This document shows positions 56,203 to 64,000 of a stretch of DNA of 64,000 nucleotides, piece by piece. Each line of letters begins with the position of its first letter. Position 1 is the first letter of the stretch. Both the position numbers and the translations under genes were made by a program. Under the pieces are notes generated by a model. It did no database searches. It was not told where the DNA came from and saw nothing but the letters and a program-made list of their open reading frames with translations. This stretch comes from Eledone cirrhosa (Eukaryota). The stretch lies in the NCBI GenBank assembly GCA_964016885.1, contig OZ024743.1:225494001-225558000 (forward strand), written 5' to 3'.

Positions 56203-56460
56203 TGAGAGAGGAGAGAGGAGGAGGGGGAGAGGGAGAGATAGGGAGAGAGTAAAGAAGGAGTACAGAGTAGAAAGAGTGAGAGACAGAGAATGAGAAAGAG
56301 AGAGAGAGTAGAGAATGAGAAAGAGTGAGAGAGAGGGGGAGAGAGTAGAGAGGGTATAAACTGAGTAGAGAGTATAAAGAGACAGAGTATGAGAAAGAGA
56401 GAGCATGTGTGATAGAGAGAAGCAGAGAGAAAGAGTAAGAGAAATAGAAAGAGAGAAAAA
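56203..56460. repeat. Degenerate (GA)n purine-rich tract
   Basis: Directly visible in the sequence. Confidence 0.9.
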
Positions 56461-56856
56461 CAGTAATAAACACCATAGAATAAGTTGGCTATCTGGTTTC
56501 AATTCCTACTTTAATTTCTTCAAAACTGATAGAAGCTAAGGAGTAGGTAGACCCAGATAAATCTGGGACGAGGTGATAAAATCTGACCTTGCACACTTAC
56601 ACCTCTCTAAGACAATGTCACTGCATTGAGATCTTTGGTGCTATGCAGTAATAAAGAAGACCCGCCTTCCTTTACGTGCAAACTTAAACCTACAGTCAGT
56701 AGGCACCTCTTAACCCAATATACACCCAACCCTACACCTCCTACTCCACCCCACCCACCCACCCACCCACTTCTGCCCATATCACCCATTCTCTGTAAAG
56801 TTATTTTGGTACCACAGAACATCCAGTCAACACTGGAAAGTGGTCATGTAGGAGAC

Positions 56857-57037
56857 ACGGTAAAAAGGCTCCCAGTTCACACTGTAAATGTGGTTGGCAT
56901 TAGGAAATGCATCCAGCCATAGAAAACCAGCCAGATACAGTTCTATACAAGTGAGACACAGTCACCCGACCAATCTTGCCTTAAGCGGGACAAACCTGTC
57001 TAACCCATGCTAGCGTATAAGATGGACGTTAAACGAT
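56857..57037 (+). mobile_element. Short retroposon, copy of the 45330 family
   Basis: acacggtaaaaaggctcccagttcacactgtaaatgtggttgg...aacccatgctagcg...gatggacgttaaacgatg. Confidence 0.75.
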
Positions 57038-57688
57038 GAATATGGAACTTTGTGGCTAATAAAATAAATCATTATATATAACAACAGCAGCATTGTTGTT
57101 ATTAATTCCATGTATATCTGGTGGTGAGAAGGAAAAAGAAACTTCCTTTGAAAGTACAATGATTTTTACCACAATCTTTATATTTTTCATCAACATATAT
57201 ACATACATCACAGAAGCAGGATGAGCACAGCTAGTTAGGAAGGTGCAAGTAGAGTCCATTAATCAAATTATAAAATTCAACCTGTAATAACTGCACTCAC
57301 TCATTCATTCATTCATTCATTCACTCATTTAGTTGATGTCTAAATTCTAAGAGTCTTGCTTCAATGTTAGAAACCAGCTCTATTTCTATTGGTGAAAATT
57401 TATATAATTTCAGAATGAACACGCACACTTTAAAGTGATGGTGTTGATACCATGATAAAATGCACTCGGTACACTCTATAAAATGGTTCTGCTGGAGTCA
57501 CAGTAAGATCAAGCAGTACACTTGGTAAAGTGGTGGCTGGTGCCACAATAAAATGCACTTGGTACACTCTGTAAAGTGTTAGTGCTAGTGCCATCATAAA
57601 ATGCATCCAGCACACACTGTAAAGCATTAGCTGCAGTAGGTATTTGGTGAACTCTGGCAGAACAGTAGATATGTAAGAATATTCTATG

Positions 57689-58510
57689 TATGATGGAGAG
57701 CTGAAAAGTTCATAGGCTGACTATGAAACAGTGATGCTAGAGCTGTGAAATCTTGCATGCATTAATTTCAACTCTCCTTATTAACTTTATTGGGGTTTTT
57801 TCCAGGTAAACTGACATCTCACTGTTCAATGAAGACTTTAAAAGTAACTAGTAGCGACTTCCCTTGAAAATGGACAAAATTTGGCATCATGGTTTTAACA
57901 AGCACCTGCAGAAAAAGGGTTTAGCTCCCAAGGACTTTCATACTAACATGGTCGCTATATTAGGGAGATGACGATCCTGCTTTATCACCAGTGCAAAAGT
58001 TAGCAGCTGAATTTAGGAGGGGAAGGAAGTGTCTTGAAGATAACCTATATCTGGACGTCCTGCAACTGCCACCACCAAGGAAAACATTGATTGTATTCAC
58101 CACATAGTGATGGATGATAGGCAATTGGCTATAAATCAAATAGTCAATACTATTAGCATATCTCATCAGAGAGTTGAGATTATTCTGCACAGTGAACTTG
58201 GCATGAAAAAGGTTTCTGTTCAGTAGGTGCCACGTCTTCTGACACCTGATCAGAAGTGCACCAGACTGATCACATCATGGGAAAATCTGATATTGCTTGA
58301 GGCAGATCCAGCTGGTTTCCTTGAACATTACTTAACCCAGGAACAGTGTTGGGTTCATCACTTTGAGCCATGGATAAAGAGACAATCCATGCAATGGAAA
58401 CACCCCTCTTCACCTGCTCCATCTTTCATCTGCAGGGAAGGTGATGGCCTCAGTTTTTTGGGATGAAAAAGGCATTATGTTTATTGACTATCTTCAAAAG
58501 GGCCACTCTA
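57689..58510 (+). mobile_element. Mariner transposon remnant (left end plus N-terminal part of the transposase pseudogene)
   Basis: ATG at about 57870. KGLAPKDFHTNMV..AEFRRGR..SGRPATATTKENID..ELGMKKVS..VPRLLTPDQK..WVHHFEP..KRQSMQWKHPSSP..SAGKVMASVFWDEKGIMFIDYLQKG, with stops and frameshifts. Confidence 0.9.
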
Positions 58511-59282
58511 TACAATATGCAACATCTCCCGTCTCTGAGAGGAAAAAAAAATCTTGCTTGCTGCATATCCATGGGAAGTAAATAAATAAAGTACCAGTCC
58601 AGAGGCAGTGGTTTGTTAAAGAGTTGAATGGGTTGCTTTACAGTACCTGTTCTGGCTTTGCATATTCTGACGTCAAATTCTGCCTCTTGTCACCAGAAAA
58701 GCAGTAACACTGTGTGATCAATGGATTGTATTGAAAATGGAAAGACAAATGGAAACATAGTTTCCTTGATCTGTCTGACAATCGGTTCCATTCCTTTTTC
58801 TTTCAAGGAATAAAATGCTCATAATGAGCACCATCATGTTCTTGATGTTCTAGTGTTTATCAAGAGTGACAATCCACTAACATTCTTGTTTAAGAAGTTC
58901 CATGTGACAAAAGCAGTGATCCATCACAAATACCATTATGATCTATCACAATCAGTTATATATCTTTTCAAAAATCCTAAATTGACATTTATATCAATAA
59001 TTCTTCATACACTTGGCTCTGTTAGTGAATGTCTAAGTGAGAGTCAGGAAAGGCTAGTAATTCAAGCAAAGTAATTGACCACCTAACTCATTTTATAAAT
59101 ACAATTTGTAAGAAAAACAATAAAAATACACAAGACTTATCTAAAGTTCAACATGTGACACCATTTATCTAAATTCTAACGATGGAACTTTCTTAGTTAG
59201 AAACCAGATGCTTCCTTGAAAGAAGAATTCTATTATTGAAAAAAAAAAAAAAACAAATATATATGCATACATAACATACATT

Positions 59283-59620
59283 TTCTAAGACCCCCATCGG
59301 TCACTAATGACCATGGTTTTTCACCTAGAAAGTTTCGCTCTGAAGCACAAGTCCAGGCAAGGTTGTGGAAGACCAGCAATCGCCCATGTATATCTGTCTC
59401 CCCTCTCCATGCTATTGATGTTGTCCAAGGGAAAGGCAATGGCTAATACAGCTTAGCACCAGTGTTGTCGCAACTCGTTTCTACAGCTGAGTAAACTGAA
59501 ACAACATGAAATAAAGTATCTTGTTCAAGGACACAACGCATTATCCAGTCCGAGAATGGAACTCACAACCTCATGATTGCAAGCCCAACTCACTAACCAC
59601 TAAGCCATGCACCTTCACAT
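59283..59620 (-). mobile_element. tRNA-derived SINE (family B, CORE-like central motif)
   Basis: Minus strand gcatggcttagtggttag (A box), gagttccattc (B-box-like) and gttgtgtccttgaacaagatacttt. Relatives near 36730, 48220 and 48410. Confidence 0.7.
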
Positions 59621-61455
59621 AACATATATACACTACATAATATTCACTACATAACATATATACATACAAACATACATGATGGTAACATCTCACTTTTGAG
59701 AATTGCCATCAATAGACTGTCTTCTCACACATGGGTGGCTTGAACATGACCTTTTAGCCCTTCCAAGGACTTATATTCCTTTCTGCATATGCTGCAGTGA
59801 AAGAAAAAAAGCTTATTTCAGCTACAGTGAGCCATGCTCATGCAAGACATGTGTAAGTTATTTAGATCAAATGATGCCTTGTTAAGACATCATTCTAGAA
59901 GCAAAACTATGATGTGAAATCTGGAACTCAATGGCAGCCAATAATGCTGACCTTTTCTTCTTTTTGGATACCTATCTCTGTTGTTCAGAGAGTGGGATGA
60001 TTGGTCCAGTACAAGGCCTTTCTTCACTTAAAAAAGCTTCAAGCACAGGCATGACTTAATCTAAACACACACACATACATACATACATACATACATACAT
60101 ACATACATACATACATACATACATACATACATTAAACCTGTTTGTCTCCCATTTATTTCCTCTAGAAAATGTAGCAAGTTATATAATGTATATATATTTG
60201 AGGAAAACAGTATGTAAAAAAAAAAAATTGAAAAATATTCTCTTTAATTTATGTACTATTGTCATTTTTGATGACATGGGCACACTTGTTATTTCATAAC
60301 ATGCATGATAAAAAGAAAATGAGTAAATGTTCAAGTGTGAAAACATAATAGGCTGTAGGTTCATATACATGCATACACATTGAATTATGTTCTTGACTAA
60401 TGTATATAACATGATTGTAAGAGCACCAGAAACAGCTACTTCAACATAATTAGTGTAATATCTTCCCTTAAGATTTTATGATTGCTTTAAAACAGAAATT
60501 GGCACCATCTCTTCCTTAAAAGAAAATAAATACCAATACTGCCAAAATGAAACCAGTTTATGAAAGAATGTCTGGCCTTATAATGAGGAGGCAATACTTA
60601 TTTAAAAGTATCATTTAAAAAGATAAGCACTTAGAACATTTGTGAAGGAAATTTTAAATGATTTTAAGTTTAGTTTCCTCAGAGCAGAAAGAAATCCAAT
60701 CTTGTGAACTATCACAGAAGGAAAATTAAAGGGATGAAGAAGGGAACTTACCCCTGCCAGTGATTTCATTAACCCCTCTGATATCAAACTGTCTAAAACT
60801 GCCCTTGTTTCTATGATACAAAGTTTTTCATTTTTCTGAGTTTATAAGCCATCCAACATAATTTTAGTTAAGAACCTTTGTTCCAAACATCAGCATAAAA
60901 ATGAGAAAGTTTTATTACTAACGCCCACCAAAGATTTAATTATTTAAAATTATTTGAAAATCATAGGGTGTGTCTTTCATTAGAAATATGATAATTAAAC
61001 TGTCAAATAAATTAACTTGATAGTGTTATTTTATATTGTGCCACATTTTTACAAATTGACAGTGCCCTTTATACTGTAATTATTTCCACCCATGAAAGTT
61101 CAAATGTCTCTTTCTTAGCAGAGTGGCTAGAGTGTCAGATTAAATATTTATTCCAGCTCTCTCTGTGCTGAGTTCAAATCCTGCCACATGGTCAACTTTG
61201 CCTTTCATCTTTTCATGGTTGAAAAATAAAGTATCAATTCAGGTGTGGAAGTTTGACAGAATTGTTAAAAAAGTCAAATAGCATGCTCTTTTGAGTTCAA
61301 ATCCTGCTTCCTCTCACCAAAAATAGTGGTAACACTACCCCTTCCCAGCAAACTGGCCTTTCATAGAAAGGCCTGAAAAAAAGAAGCAACCATAAACATT
61401 CTCTAATACCAACTGAAATATGCTAATGATGTTTCATAGTCTGTTGTAAGCTGAA

Positions 61456-61640
61456 ATAATTGTTTCTACTTTAGGCACAAGGCCAGCAATTACCCAGTGC
61501 ATTACTGGTACTTTATTTTATCGACCCCGTAAGGATGAAAGGCAAAGTCAACCTCGGCGGGATTTGAACTCAGATCGTAAAGGGACGTAACTATGCTGGA
61601 AAGCATGGCGTCCGACCCTCTACCGATACTACCAATCCAC
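61456..61640 (-). mobile_element. SINE family A, near full length
   Basis: Aligns with 23561-23750 and 54888-55072. Confidence 0.88.
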
Positions 61641-62030
61641 TGGAAGACACCACTGTCTACATGTTTCCAATGGGTCAATCATCGATTCCTTGCAAAACAA
61701 CTTCCAGTCGGACACTGCTGTCAACTTTCGGAAACACTTTGAAAGAAACGTAGCCAAATGACCTTAAAACACTTATATTTGTATTTGCTGTGATAAATGA
61801 ACACTTCAAAATTTAGATTATGGGTCAATCCCAAGCGTCAGATTCCTCTTCTCTCAACAGCAGTGTTCTCAGAGACCCAAGTCACATTTTCCCCCAAGCA
61901 TTCCCAAGTCTCCACAACTCCTCCCCCTCAATTGTCAACATACCATATCAACATAAGCAAACTTTCAAACCTCAATAATTGTGTAATCCCCAAAAGAATC
62001 AAGTCAAAAGCAGCACTTTTCTGTGAACTG

Positions 62031-62254
62031 TTAACCATTTAGCATTTAAACTGGCCATATCCGGCCAGAAATCTTTCCCTCTTTCTGTTCAAACAAGCTG
62101 TAACCTGCCACTTATACTGATGTTAAGGTATTGTTCTCAAAATAAATAATATCAAAATCTCATAGATTCGATATTATGTGAGATATGCAAGATAAAGCCT
62201 TTACCACGAAAATACAATAGTATACATAGAGTAATGTAAATGCTAAAGGATTAA
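62031..62254. mobile_element. TTAA-flanked MITE (42515 family)
   Basis: Ends ttaaccatttagcatttaaac and gtaaatgctaaaggattaa. Confidence 0.8.
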
Positions 62255-62280
62255 GTTATGATTGCCTTTATAGCTGGATA

Positions 62281-62600
62281 TTATCATTGGCATCCGTCGG
62301 TCTCAAAAGACCATGGATCTGCACCTGGAGAATTTTTCATCAGCTGCTGATGGTGGTGTAGTGTCTGGTGTGGCTGTACAGGCCCATACAGGAGTGGCAG
62401 TCCTACATACAGCGATAGCATTTGAAGATGCTCTCCTCCAGTGTTACTGTGTTGTTCTTTTTTTTTTAGGATGCTTTTCCTCGGAGGCAAGTATTCCATT
62501 TGATATATGCGGAGTGTACACTATTTTTTTTCCTGGTTGGATTCCTCTCCTGACTAGTTCCTTCCTCAGCTAAAATTCCTTCCCTGGGAGCCGAGTGCCT
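62281..62600 (-). mobile_element. RTE-type LINE 3'-end remnant
   Basis: Minus strand YRCM*DCHSCMGLYSHTRH (RTE C-terminal Zn-finger-like motif), followed by gcagatccatggtcttttgagaccgacggatgccaatgat. Confidence 0.65.
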
Positions 62601-62647
62601 TCCATTTGAAAATCAGTGCTCAACAACATAGAAACTTATGCAAACCC

Positions 62648-62877
62648 TTAACCCTTTAGCATTTATATTACTCTATATTTACAATTATATTTTCACGGTA
62701 AAGGCTTTACCCTCACATAATTATCTCACATAATATTGAATCTATGAAATTTTGATATTATTTATTTTGAGAACAATACCTCAACATTAGTATGAGTGGC
62801 AGATTACATCATGTTTGAACAGAAAGATGTGAGAGAAATCTGGCCAGATATGGCCAGTTTAAATGCTAAAGGGTAAA
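62648..62877. mobile_element. TTAA-type MITE (42515 family), inverted relative to 62031
   Basis: Ends ttaaccctttagcattta and tttaaatgctaaagggtaa. Internal sequence is the reverse complement of 62031-62254. Confidence 0.82.
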
Positions 62878-63555
62878 GCTTTACTGTATAATTTTTACCA
62901 ACAAACCACCCTCTGTTTTTATATGTGTTATTACTCCAAAGTTTTCTCACTTCAAAGTTTCACAAAGAAAATATTTTCCTCGGGTCTTTAATAATCTTTA
63001 TATATTTACACAACTGTCTTACAAACTACTGATAATATTTGAGTTGGGTTGTTTATCGATTGTTAAAATAACCACTTTCACTAAGAGTGCAATTATCAGC
63101 TTTGCTTTCTTTTCTTTCTGTTATTGAGTAAATAGTAAAGCTATCATTCAGAAAGAAAAGATTTTATTTTAACATAAATTCATAATAGGTTAAGTGGTGC
63201 ATATACTAAATCAATGCAGGTAATTGGCTGTCATAAATGTCCAGCACATGTCTATATTTCTCTCTTTATTTTATCAAAGCCAGTATAGTTCTAGACAGGA
63301 GGAAATGTACCTCCATTGGCATAGTTGGTTGTTGTCATTGTGTTGCCCCAGGTAAGTACTGATTCAGCAGGCCTATGATCAAAAGAATTCAAACTGTCAC
63401 CGTCCTGTTATTTTTCTCTTGGGAGGGATGAGGCGGGGATGTAATGCGCCCTTGACTATATAATCCAATGTATCCTTCATTTTTCTATGATGGTAGAGGT
63501 GTGATTTGAGAGCTATTCAGCTGCTATTTCTTGCAAATCAAATGATTATGTAGAG

Positions 63556-63811
63556 TAGTGTTTCCCAACTTTTTCATGTTTTTTAAATATGTTCTCGCAC
63601 CCCTTAAAAAAGCAATAATTTATTTTAGGATAAAGAAGACGAATTATTACTAAATTTGAGCAACAAATTTATATAATCTATTTTTTTAATGATATGTAAA
63701 CAAAAATTAAATATGGAAAAGAAAAAATATTATAAATTAAAATTTGAATAATACTATTGATAAAAAACAAATACTGAAATGTTATCTCACACCTCTGGTT
63801 AGGAAACCCTG
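63556..63811. mobile_element. hAT-type MITE with 8-bp target-site duplication
   Basis: Imperfect TIRs tagtgtttcccaac and gttaggaaaccctg. TSD atgtagag at 63548-63555 and 63812-63819. Confidence 0.8.
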
Positions 63812-64000
63812 ATGTAGAGGCTCTTCAGAACATAATGAAAGTAAATCCATATCAAAGTTAATGGGTGATGGATTTTAACTTGGGGTGATAGCTAGTTTCA
63901 CATATAGCTACATAAACAATAAGCTCCAACAACATGTAGCACATTTAACCCTTTCATTACCAACCTGCCAAAACTGACTCTGGTTCTATGAAACAAACCA

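Noticed and set aside
61641-61765. Possible minus-strand exon after ttttaag (HLATFLSKCFRKLTAVSDWKLF...)
   Set aside because: Short, unrecognisable peptide that runs into a SINE with no clear donor site.

Overview
Repeat-dominated animal genomic DNA with no intact host gene that I can recognise. The very long (TA)n tracts and the SINE, LINE and MITE repertoire suggest a coleoid cephalopod such as Octopus (inference). From left to right the window holds: (1) a >13 kb 48-bp tandem array that fades into a lesioned minus-strand coding-like segment resembling a ParB/Sulfiredoxin-fold domain; (2) a decayed L1/Tx1-type LINE; (3) about 6.4 kb of (TA)n with a 200-N gap; (4) a 17-46 kb cluster of Penelope-like retroelement (PLE) pieces mostly sitting in (TA)n, with nine hammerhead-ribozyme (HHR) motifs, two of them fully intact by eye and four with a variant core starting TTGA (U3:A8 in three); (5) nested Helitron-like/PLE/CR1 insertions; (6) a 5'-truncated RTE LINE with an open RT frame containing a Cys-rich PHD-like insert; (7) a 5 kb 33-bp minisatellite with two inversion junctions; (8) SINEs, MITEs and a mariner remnant. 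Almost all long ORFs in the supplied track are repeat artefacts. All family calls are by-eye motif recognition, with no database searches, and element boundaries are approximate.
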